From NCBI RefSeq assembly GCF_009914755.1, contig NC_060937.1: 64,000 nucleotides of DNA. One strand, 5' to 3'. This DNA is from the human T2T-CHM13v2.0 reference genome, Homo sapiens. Shown piece by piece: positions 11,646 through 23,810 of this stretch. A program made the translations under genes and the position numbers. Positions within the stretch are counted from its first letter, which is position 1; the number at the start of each line of letters is the position of its first letter. Under the pieces are notes generated by a model, which was not told where the DNA came from, did not search any database, and was given only the letters and a program-made list of their open reading frames with translations.

Positions 11646-14600
11646 GGTTCCACTTGAGGACCTGTCCAGAATTACAAGTGGGGAGGCTGATCTTGAAGGT
11701 AGCTGTCCTGACTTCTGTCTGATCATAGCACCACCACCTAACAGGACTCTGACTCAGCCAAGGCCCAGCCCCTCTTAGCTTCCTCATCTGCTAAAAGGAA
11801 GAGCTGGACCAGAGGACTGGTTTGGTCCCTACTGTATCTCCAAGTGTGTGATTTGTCAGTCATCTGTGATAAATCCTGAAGGCTGGTTCTTTTCCTTTTA
11901 CTTGTTTCTTCTTTCCCACAGCCATTTCTAGAGTTTTGGACACACATGTCTTGTAACACTCTCTAACCCCTTTTTTTATTAATTTAGGAACAATCTCTCC
12001 CCTTTCTATTATTCCCCCCACTTCACCACCTTCTTTTTCTTTAAGGTCTAACTTCTGATATTAATCATTTAAAAGGAAGAGGGAAAATATTTTTGAATGA
12101 GTACCCAGTCCTATAAACTATATTAGTGAGTTACTCAAGGATTAATTAAACTGAATAAATAATTAAGAAATTATGCAAGCAAATTCAATACACGTGGAGA
12201 ATGTCACTTTGAAAGCATGTTCAGGAATGATCATCTTCCTCTTCCCTTACAGACTAGGCCTTGGAAAGCAATAGTTGGTCCCTGCTGAGTCAACTCCGAG
12301 CCTCTGGGTAGGACTGGGAGCTAGAGAATGAAGTCAGTGTCTGAGAATCTGGAAGATGAGCGTCAGATTTTAACAGTATAATCTTGTTAAGATACACAAA
12401 TCTCTTATAATTACCCTCATGAGTAGTAGATGTATATTTAATTACTGAAAAATTCAGTAGAGATACTAATGATCAATAATGGAAAAATCCATTAGTCCAA
12501 CGATAATTTCTCCCATAACACTGAAATCCAATCTGAGGGGTCATGTAGTTAAAACATAAAGCATGTCTTCCAAATCAGCAATTCTTTTCACTTTCATCCA
12601 ATGACATTATTCATGATAAGACAGAATCATCAAAAGAGGAATGGCTGTAAGCCTGTTCTGGATGTCATTAACATTACCTGAAATTTCAGTAATGAGAAAA
12701 GGGTGCTTATAGTTATCTTATCATTTTGTTGCATTTTTCTATCATGACCACTCATATTTACATCCATGGCATGGTTTATTGAAACAAAGCTATTATATTG
12801 AGTTGTAAGGGTTTTTTAAAATCTATTCCCTTTTGCCTTTGCACTTAACATATTCAGAATGTGTGTTTGCCATTTGAAAAATAAACTCAATGTTACATAG
12901 TGAATGAAATTTAGAGGTTGATTATGTTCAACTTGTTAGCTCTATGATTAATAGAGAAGAATTGGAAGAAAGTATATCATATTTGGGAAATAAGAGTGAA
13001 ATACCAGCCTACTGTTGCTTACAAGTGTAATCTTATCATATGCAGATTGTTTAAAATCACTTTTTCAAATTAGTTCTATTCGGGAGTGAAAATGCTCAGA
13101 TTATTGAAACCTTAATTTTATCTGAAGATAATTATCCAATGTTCATTGAGACTATTATCACAGTCACGAAATATTTGAAAATCTGTGTTTGCTGTTGCAG
13201 TGCTAACTAGGATTATGTTTTCCCATTTCATTAGTTTGTTTAAAATGGTAAGTAGCATAAGGTGAAAGAATTGAATAAAACGAAGGGAATAAAAATCTCT
13301 ATTTCTTTTAACTATGCTTTATTGTTCTCCATTATTGGGAAATAAAAGAGAGGAAATACCTTCAAGAAAGGACATTTATGCACTGGAAACCACCGTTGTG
13401 AAATATGTACCATCATTATACTGTTTTACACATCTGTACTTTACTGAGGGGGTTTAAATAAGTGCTTGAATTTGTGACCTTCAAAAGAAACAGACTTATT
13501 GGATGAAAGAGAGTTGACAGAAACCAAGTGCTTCTAAGAGAGCACATGGTCTTAATCAAAAAAAGCCCAGCAGAAATTAAACAGGACAGCTGATAAAAGA
13601 CAGATCATTTAGATGTATAGATTTAAAAAGGAAACATGCTGTATTCAAACTCACTATAGATTCATCTTAAGAATAAATTAATTTCATAACTGTACTCATT
13701 ATCTGAAACATGCCCCCAGAGATTCTGGTCATTACCCCAAAACCCTGTAAGGGAAGTTTAATTTATATCATAAGCATATTCAAAGGAATGTCTTAGTAAG
13801 AGTCCCACTAATTCTTAAAGAGCTGGGAAATAAACCTAGACTACTATTACAGAAAACCTTTGCCTTTACGGAAGTAAGATCATAATGCTCAGGACTTCCC
13901 CAAAATTCCATTTACCTTGTTTTAGAAAATCAGCAATAGTACTCAATTGTTATATATATTTATTTGATTTTATAAGCTTGAGAATGGAAAGTTGGGACAT
14001 ACATATTTACGGTACGGAAATCAAGATGATTTCTGGCCTTCTATTTTTTCCATCTGCCAATGGAGAGACCTAGCCCAGTGCCAATGTTCACTTACCTTTC
14101 AATTGCTTATTTGCTAGCTAAGGATTATTCGTGCATTCATGCATTCATTTATTCATTCAACAAATATAACTTGGTGTGCTTGAACTGACCTAAGCTAATT
14201 TGGCTGTTAAGCAATTGTCAGGGTCTTTTGGTAGCTCCCAGAGGTTATTTTGGTGTTTATTAAGACAAGTCCCACACCATAGCCCCCTAGGTGGTTACAA
14301 TCAAAGCCAAGCCCAGACCAAGTTTGGACGAACTACATTTACTAGCAAATAGGAATAAAACCATCAAAGCCTGTTTTTATAAGCCTGGGGCAGTTCCTCT
14401 CTGCCCTCGGAAGATTTCAGTGGTTTCTTATGTGAATGGCTCACTCCAGGCATAGAGAGCAGGAACTGGTGAAAGCAGACTAGCTACTGTCATTGAATGA
14501 TGAGGTTCCTTCCCATGCATCGCCTTTTATTTTGAATGTTAGGGCAAGAGTTTGGTAGGTGAAGCCACACATCCAAATTCTGATAAGTTAGAAGCAGATA

Positions 14601-15311
14601 CGTTAGGTTCCAATAAGTTAGAATAAATGTAGACAAGTCCCTGAATGCTTGCTACTCAACAATTTCTTCATCATTCTTTCAATCATGATGGTATTATCCA
14701 AAGTTTATGTTCTAAGTGTTTTTAGAATTTTAAGCACAAGGGTTAGCTAGCATTCTTGGCTCAACTCTAGTGTTTACTTGATTAAAGGTTACAAAATGAA
14801 AACCAAAAAAAGAGCTTTACATTTTATTTATAGAGTTTTTTTTTTTAAGAAGGCAAAATCTCTTACTCAGCTTAACTTTGAAGGCTTAGCTCAGGATTAG
14901 GCATTAACATGTTGTTCATGTTGTTCACTTACTCACACAAATACACTTGCATCCAGGAAAGCATTTTTCTTTTTTTTTTTTTCAGTAATCAGACGCTGTT
15001 ATTTAGGCAAAAATAACAATTGCTGGGTGTGGACTACTATGTATTGTTCCCAAGCTTGTGCATCTCTTGAAGGAGTGCCTACATGGAAGGAAATGTTTTT
15101 CTCTCACTTTCCCTTTCTGCTTCTCCTATCTTTCCTCAGCGCTTACCCTCCTGCAGCCCCTCATCCTTGTCTTCTTGGCTGAGCCACAGAAGTGCTACTT
15201 GTAACACCCACAGCCAGCCTGGAGGTGCCAACAGGGAGCAGGATAAAGAGGTTCAAGGATTGGAATGGGTTTAAAACCCATGAACACGAACGTGTTCTGG
15301 TTTCTCCTTAG

Positions 15312-15677
15312 TTTCTTAGTCTATTTGATTTGCTGTAACAAAAATGCCATTTCTGGGTATCTTATACACAACAGATATTTATTTTTCACAGTTCTGGAGG
15401 CCAGTAAGTCCAAGATCAAGGTGCTAGATTTGTTGTCTTGTGAAGGCCCGCTGCTTGCTTTATATAAAGATGGACATCTTTTTGCTATGCCCTCACATAG
15501 TGGAAGGGAAAGCAAGTTCTCTGTGGCCTCTTTCATGAAAGAGTGCTAATCCCATTCATGAGGGCTCCTCCTTCATGACCTAATCCTCCCAAAGGCCCCA
15601 CCTCCTAATACCATCACTTTGGGGTTTCATTTTCAATATTTGAATTTTGGGGATACATAAACATCCAGTCTGTGGCA
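15312..15677 (-). mobile_element. MLT1A0/MSTD-like MaLR solo LTR
   Basis: cacagttctggaggccagtaagtccaagatcaaggtg and ctaatcccattcatgagggctcc...cccaaaggccccacctcctaataccatcac. Confidence 0.88.
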
Positions 15678-15949
15678 GCCTCTTTCCCTGCTCCCAGCTG
15701 CTAAAGATCTGCCATCCTTCAGGCCAGACACAATACCCATGCATCTCTACTCTTAGTTCTCTGACCACCTCTTCTCAAATATCATCTCCTCTCTTTGGTT
15801 TTCAAATTTATTATACAGAAAAAACAATTTCAGCCTACTAATGATAATTTTAAAAAATGTGGAGATGGAAAGAACACCCTTAGGTCTCCCAACACTGTGA
15901 TTTTAACCTAACAAATAACACTCAAATGTACCTAGTTAAAATTGCAATC

Positions 15950-16196
15950 TGCCCTGTCTCCAATCGCTGGTGCCATGCTCCTCTGCTTCTTTTATCCATA
16001 GTACATATCATCCCCAAACAGTCTATATGATTTACTTATTCTTTCTTTTGAATCTTTATTATCTCCCACCCCTGCTGAAATATAAGCTCCATGAGTGGGA
16101 GGATCTTTGTTGTGTTCCCTGATAAACCCCAGGTGCCTAAAACAGTGACTGGCAGGCACATAGTAGGTGTTCAGGAAATACACGCTCAATTGAATT
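15950..16196 (+). mobile_element. L2 3' end
   Basis: atataagctccatgag...gtgcctaaaacagtgactggcaggcacatagtaggtgttcag. Confidence 0.8.
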
Positions 16197-17985
16197 AAAG
16201 AGAATTCCTAAATTAGTTTCAAATACTCTCTTAATTGTTCATTTCACTTGCCACTTAGGCCATTTAAGGCCTGAGAAATTGCAGTGGGCTCTAAGAAACC
16301 ACCATACCCTAAAAGGATGATAAAGTATGTACTTTAGTAGTAGTTAGTTTCACTACAAACATTCCATTGTGTTCGAGCTTCCAGTAGAACTCAAAAGCCA
16401 ACAAGAAAGGTGCAAAAATAAATCCCAAGTTGCATCTGAAGACTATCTTTCATAATTAAGGTTTTAGAGGTCATCACTCAATCAAGTATAATCCTGCATT
16501 AATATTAAAGCCTAATATTTAGGGGTAATAATAGAGTCAGGTGTCTTCCTGGGAGTGCATTAATACCATACAAACTTTTTTAATTTGCCAAACCGTCTGA
16601 TTAAAATTATTAAGTAGCTCTCTTTTGCAAGGTGCTGTTGAAAGTAATTGTACATGCAACACTCACGGAGTATTTTTTCATCTTGTAAAAGGGTAAGTTG
16701 CTAAACTTTGATTAAAAATCAGACACAGAACTAGATATATCTGACATTGTCACATATACTATTGAGCGACTTTAATCAAATTCAGCATTATTATCTTTTT
16801 ATTTGCTTTTACTCTGCCTGCAGGTACAATAAAGTGAAAATATGTAAGCAATGGAGCATATTTATATTACTAGTCTGTGTGCCAGGTGGGTTGTAAAATA
16901 AATGTAATTGTTTTCAAAGATTGAACCAGATTAGCATGGATTAACACATTCATTTTGGAATCCATGGCAGGAAGTATTCTAAACATGCCTTCAAACAGCC
17001 CTTGTTACTCTGTTTATATCCCATCTTAGTACTACAAAATCACTGCCCCATAAAACAGGGAGCATTTTAACTGTTTATTTTTATATGAAAGAAACACAAT
17101 TTATTAAACAAGACAAGAAAGCAGTTGTCTGCCATATTGAAGGCCAGATTTGCAGTGATTTGCACTCTGCCTTTCAGCAGATGAACAAAAGTGACAGACA
17201 TGGAAGCCAGAGTTGTGGCTGCAATAAATATTCATAACTGCTCCTGCCCAAGGAGCAAAGGGAGGGGTCTGAATTTGCAGCACATGGTTAGCAGAGGATG
17301 AATCAGGACTAGACTGTCCAACACACACAGGCATGGAAGCCCTGGGCAATGCAAGGCTGAAATTCCTCACCGAGAAGGAGCACTGTGTTACTGGGTGATT
17401 TTGCAGAATCTTGACTCATGGGAGGTGAAATCTTTCAGATATGCCCTGCTGATGCCATTATCCCTCCTCTCTAACCTTAAAATAAACCTGCTTGAGAAAG
17501 TGTATTGTTGATGTATGACATCCATCGGGGAGAGTCAGCCCTGGGGGAAAAAAAAAAAACAAAAATGTAGTTTCTGATGCACTTCAAGACCCAAGGTCTA
17601 CTACAAGAAACCTACCCAATTTTGAAAGAAATCAGTCTTTGGTGAATTATGCTCAGTGAAGCTAAAAGAAATGTGTACTGTAGAGTTTCTCTGGATGATG
17701 CTGGGTACTGGCAAATCTCGATTCTCTTACTCCAGTCCTAAGGATCTCTTTATTTTACATTGAAAGATGCTGTAATTCATTTCTATATTTAATGCAGGGA
17801 TCTTGCCTACTGTGAAATTTAGTGTCACTCATGCAAGAAATCTCTATCAAATTTCCCAAACAACTGGTGAGTGAAGAAACTAATATTTTTTTTTCGTTTG
17901 TTTTGTCCACTAGGAAACTTACAGTAGCAAAATTTGTGTCCCAGATTATTTAGTAACTATGTGAGATCTTACCCTCTACATTTCT

Positions 17986-18303
17986 GTTTTTTTTGTTTTG
18001 TTTTGTTTTGTTTTTTCTTTTTGAGACGGAGTCTTACTCTGTCACCCAGGCTGGAGTGCAGTGGCACGATCTTGGCTCACTGCAACCTCTGCCTCCGGTT
18101 TCAAGCAATTCTCCCGCCTCAGCCTCTTGAGTAGCTGTGACTACAGGCATGTGCCACCATGCCTGGCTAATTTCTGTATTTTTAGTAGAGACCAGGTTTC
18201 ACCATGTTAGCCAAACTGGTCTCGAACTCCTGACCTTGAGTGATCCACCCGCCTCGACCTCCCAAAGTTCTGTGATTACAGGCATGAACCACTGCGCCTG
18301 GCC
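17986..18303 (-). mobile_element. AluS (Sx/Sz-like) SINE
   Basis: Full antisense Alu with (GTTTT)n tail; exact 17-bp TSD ttaccctctacatttct at 17969-17985 and 18304-18320. Confidence 0.96.
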
Positions 18304-19799
18304 TTACCCTCTACATTTCTATGTCCTATTTCCTCTCCGTTTTCATCCTAATATCGTACCATTGTTTATTTAGCTTGATTTTTAAATCTTTATTATGTAC
18401 ATATTTTTAAATAAGGCTAAATTGTTTATGGAAGACACACATTCTTCAACACATATATTGACTAATGAAACTGTAAATCGTATGAAAAACTGGCTAAAAT
18501 TGAGGAAGTTTGCATTATTAAGCAGAGGATATTTAAGCTTCTTCTGTTGGTCAGAATCATAGATATTTGAACATCACTCAGTACCTTACATATATAGAGA
18601 GTGAGAGAGATACCAAACATTTCTGAAATCTTTAACCGGATGAATACCCTACAGTGATGGACTAATATCTAAGTAATTTAGTGGGGTGAAATACTACCAA
18701 TTTTACAAGAGAAATAATGCATGGGGATGTTTTTCTTCCAGCCGCTAGGCACGGGGTCAGGTGTCATTCTCCTGGGCGTTGGGTCACTATGTGAGGTTTG
18801 GCCCACTGGTGGCCGACCTGTTTGTTTTCAGTGGTGTAATTGGTCACTCCAGAGATGAATACTTAGAAAGCATTAGATTTTAGACCTTCACTGACTCTTC
18901 CAGCTTGCCAGAACAATTGTGAGTGAGACATCTCTTCAAGAATGAAATCATTTCCCCCTGCCCAGCTGCCATGAGACACTCATATGTTCAACAAATGTAA
19001 AACATGCTTGACTCTGCCTGAGGAAGTAGATTTTGCAGTGCCAGACTTTGTTTGGGAATCCCTTTGTGATCCAAACAGAGAATTCTTCAACAAAGTATTT
19101 GGATGTTGCTGCAAGGGAGGGCTGTTATGTTTTACTATGTAGCTGTGCTTAGCTGTGGTGTAGAATGCTAGGGAGTGAAAACAACAGATTCTATTGCCTG
19201 AGACTGCTAACATAGGAATTTTTTTTAAATCTGATTATGAAACATTATTCTCAGGATAAATCACTTTGTTAGTGCTTTGTTCTGTGCTTGGTTTTGTTTG
19301 TTTGTATTTTTGTCTACATTGAGTTTTCTCACAGTGTCCTGTGGAGAGGACCATGAAGTAATATATTCAAAAACAGATAAAATAGCCTAAGTTTGTCCTC
19401 TCTCAAAGCCCGAGCCTTCCTAGCTCATCTTTCATGCTAGGAGAACTGATTATTCACATCAGGAAAACACTGATTCAGTACTACAAGCAAAGAGGGGTGA
19501 CTCTGAAATTGTTTTCTCCAGAGTTGTTAGCTAGACTAATACGAAATATGGATAAAGGAAACTTCACATTTCAGCATTACATTCAGTTTGTTTATATCAT
19601 TATCTCATTTGCCTCTAATTCTTTCAAAAAAAAGATGCCGCCACCAGTTTTTTTGGAGCTTTCATGGTTGGAAGCATTTTCTTAAGGGTTAGACTTAACA
19701 CCATGCACCAGGAAGAGCTGAGTATATTAGCTGGATAATGTGCATCATAAAGCATATGCCACCACCCTTGTCTTGGTCAGAGGGGAGTGAGCTGTCAAG

Positions 19800-19965
19800 T
19801 TAGTATGGTTAGTACGTAGATGAGAATCAACACACCCTGGTCTTAGTCTCAGCTTTCACTCCTACTGTGTTACCTCAGCTGCATAACTGAGCTTCTCTGG
19901 GACACGTTTATGACATATGTAAATGAGGAGGTGGTACTAAATTATCTCCAAAATGTTTCTAAGCT
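19800..19965 (+). mobile_element. MIR/MIR3 fragment
   Basis: cctggtcttagtctcagctttcact...tgtaaatgaggaggtggtactaaattatctcc. Confidence 0.5.
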
Positions 19966-22900
19966 CAAGCTGGCTATTATATTCACATTTCAGTTCGTCT
20001 ATCTAAAACATACTTACCTTGATTAATTAGCCTGTTAGAGGAATGTAATAAAAATTATGAGCTTTTTCTTCTCATTTAATCCCCATTTTCCTCTATCACC
20101 ATTTGTCCATCCCATTTTCATTTCAACACACTTGAAAAAGGCACTACCCTCCCATCTGGGATACCAGCTCCGTAGCTCGAATGGGGTGCAGCATGGGGAC
20201 TGGCCCAGGAAGTGTTTTAATTTTAGACAGAGAAAGAAAACCTGTATTGAATAAAGCCCCCAGTTGCCCAATATGTGTCTTAACAGGGAAACTTGTTCAA
20301 GATGACCAGGACTCATCTTGAATTTCCAAAATGGCCACACTCATGTTTATTTCAGAGCCATAAAGCAAAGTCCCCAAAGCCTGTCTGCCTGCCTCACCAG
20401 AACCTTTGAATGCAGTCATTCTCTGCTTGTTTTTTAGAACTCACACTTAGCATTGGATTAAAACACTCAAATCTAGGGCATTAAAATCACCCCTTTTCAG
20501 CATATGCATCTTGCAAGATTTATCTTCTCTTGCCTGAATCCCTGACACAAACCAAATTGTGGATTATCTTAAAATAGACATTGTCATAATTTATTAATCA
20601 TCCTTTAAACCTCCCAAGTACTCTTGGTATCTTCTCAAATGCTCTCATTCTGCTATGTATTCTTCTTTTAAATGAATCTTTACAAGTAAGTATTGTTTAC
20701 TTCTCATTTACCTTGTAATATTTAAACATGGTTGTGAGACTTCACAGAAAAAGGATCAGGGAATTTTAGCATTTTCATAAACACCTAAGTAAATGTGGCT
20801 TAAGTGACACCAATCTTTAGAAATATGACAACTTTTGATCTTTATACCCATTTTTTTTTTGTGATGTGTCACCTCAGTAGTAAATCCTCACACGGCTTTG
20901 TAGATGATACACTTGTAAAACGCATGGCATATGCTTTGCCTGTTAATCTTTCCTCTGCCAATTTGCAATGGAAAAGGAATAATCATCAGCCAACTTTTAC
21001 AGTAAGGAAACCAAGGCAGTGTGATCAGTCCCAGGCTAACAAGTCAAAGGGCAATGGAGTTAAAAATGAATGCTAGGCACTCAGTGCTCACTCTATGATG
21101 AGAGTATGCTGCAGAGCCCTGAGATGAAATCCATAGGCATGGTTAACTGACCTTTAGGAAGTTTGATGGCTCAGTGGGAGGTCTTGCATGGTATTCCTGT
21201 ATTCATTTCAAAGAACAGCTGAAATGTCATTATTACATGGGACAGAAATAATGCAAAATTAAATGCATTTTCTGCAACTGACAATATTAAATAGTGCTGT
21301 GATTTTACTGTTCTCATATTTTCTAACACCGCTCTATAAATTCCTTAACATTCATGTACAGAATATGATAGGTAGAACCTCTGAATTTTGACTATCTAGC
21401 AAAGGTTAGTGCTTCACTTGACTCAGAAAACCAAAATTATAGTCCTGGTTCCAATGTTTACCAGGCCCCTAGCCTTGGGCAAATGACCTAATCTTATTAC
21501 ACCCCACCATCTTTCTCTGTATAATTAAGTAATGATGTGTAGCATCTTGAGATCTGATTAATTTATTCATTCAGTATCTACTGAGTGCCCATTAGAAGAC
21601 AGGCACTGTTAGGAATGAGAATGAGCTAGGCTGAGTATCCTTCAGTCTTCCAGACAGCCTGAATTACTCACTCAAGTAACACTTCCATCTCTGTGAATCA
21701 GCAAAGAGTTAAACAAAGTTGAATGCTTGAGATATTTCATTAGGTCTTTTGAAGCATAGTTCCCTGTTATTTCTTAACCTTTTTATTTGCTCTTAATCTT
21801 ATTTCCTACACATGATCGAGTTTGGTTTCTCAGATGGTGCTCAGTGAATTAAAATAGACAGTATAAATTAATTTTGTGAATAAAATTTTATGAGACACTA
21901 CATCAAATACTTCAGTAAAATCAAGATATATTTTATACCCATTGTAGATATTCATGGTCTAATCTTGTAATTATGTTTTTTAAAATTGGATTTGTACAGC
22001 CTTATTATCCAATTATTCACCCCATGCTGTTCATAGGTACAGCTATATTCCTTAATGTTAGTTCATTGTATTTACTAGAAAGAATAATGTCAGAAGTAAT
22101 TTTCATGATTGTTCTACTTTCTCTACTGTAAATATATAACTCATGTACACTTTTTCAATATTATTTCTTTAGATGAAAAAAAGAGACTATCACATATACA
22201 GTTTTTCCCCACTACAGAAGATTGGGTGTTAGTAAGCCATCATTTTATACATTTTGTATCATTTTGTACATCAATGTACTTACATTTAGCATTCAACTGC
22301 TAATAAAAGGAACATTTTTAAGTGTAACTCAATCTAAAGATAACGTTGTCCTCACTAAGTCAGTTCTCCATGCTCTATGGAGATTGTGAGACCCAGAGAA
22401 GAAGCCTAAGGTGCATATGACCAAGTCAGTATTTTCTCATAAAAAGTTTTGAGTGTCTCTCCTATGCTTGGCATTGTTAACTCTGAGAATCCACAGGTGA
22501 ATATGACACATCCCTTTCCGCAAGGAACACACAACTTTATTTAACTACCAACCACTTTCCCTTTATAAGGTAGGTATAAAAGCTAAGTATCTGAATATAA
22601 GTATTAATTCTCTTTCAGAGAAAGCTCCCTGAGAGAGATGCTTGATACTTTTAATTCAGTTCCACTTGGCAACCTTGCATGGAATACAACTGGGTAGTTT
22701 TAATATTTTCTATGAATATGTGTTGGTGCATCTTTGCGATCACCAAAACATTACATTTTTTAACTTTCAAGGTATTTTTGAACTGTTATGTAAATTAAGG
22801 CATAAGCACTTTTAGGTAATAAGTAAGTTTAGGTCACTAGACCTTCTTTGCGACTAATGAGGAATACACTACATAATTGTCAGATTCTTCTTAATTGAAA

Positions 22901-23214
22901 AATACCTACTCAAATTCCAAAGTTATCAGGGACTGAACTCAATATTAGGGTAAATATGGAATATATAATAACTGATTATGTATCAGATTGAAGCTTGAAT
23001 AACTTATTCATACATCATAAAATTGTGGATTAGAAGTTTAACTCAGTCCTTTGTTTTACTGCTGAGGAAAAGGAGATCTACAGAAGCAAAGATATTTGAT
23101 CAAGATACGTGAAAGAATTGAAGCTAGAATCCACATCTCCCATTCCACATCTGATATTCTTTTTATTATGCCGTATTCTGCTACAAAAATTAAGGATGGT
23201 CATGAAACATAGGC

Positions 23215-23219
23215 CTCTC

Positions 23220-23256
<37 letters not shown>

Positions 23257-23257
23257 G
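23215..23257. repeat. (CTGT)n(CT)n microsatellite
   Basis: Read directly from the sequence. Confidence 0.9.
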
Positions 23258-23315
23258 TGTCTATGTATAGAGATGCAATATGGGGTGTGCTTAATATTCA
23301 CTGGAGTCCATGAGA

Positions 23316-23331
23316 GATAGATAGATAGATT

Positions 23332-23388
<57 letters not shown>

Positions 23389-23394
23389 TAGACA
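23316..23394. repeat. Compound tetranucleotide STR (GATA)3 GAT TATA (GATA)9 (GACA)4 GATA GACA
   Basis: Read and counted directly from the sequence. Confidence 0.95.
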
Positions 23395-23810
23395 GGAAAG
23401 AGGGAGAAAAGAGATATTTGTGTTTGTATCCATATATTCTGGCAATCATTAGAATATGAAGCAAATAATATGTGTGTGGCTAAAAAATGTGAGTAGAGAG
23501 TATGTTTATATGTTTGCAACAGCAGATATGAATCAGTACCACCTTAGTGGTCAAATGGATAGGGTGGAAGCAGAACTCATACAATCCTCTGGTTTTCTAG
23601 CCTTAGCAAAAGATAAGGATACTAATGAATATGCTTAAATGTAGAGAACAAAGATGATCTAAGTTCACCTCAGATTCACCATTGTGTTCAATTTTATGTA
23701 GGAAAGATGGACTCCTCAGTGGTGGCACTTCATGAATTATTTTTAAAAGATGTACATTGATAAACAAAATTAAATAAGGTGCTGTTATTTTTTGAAGCTC
23801 TGGATATGTC

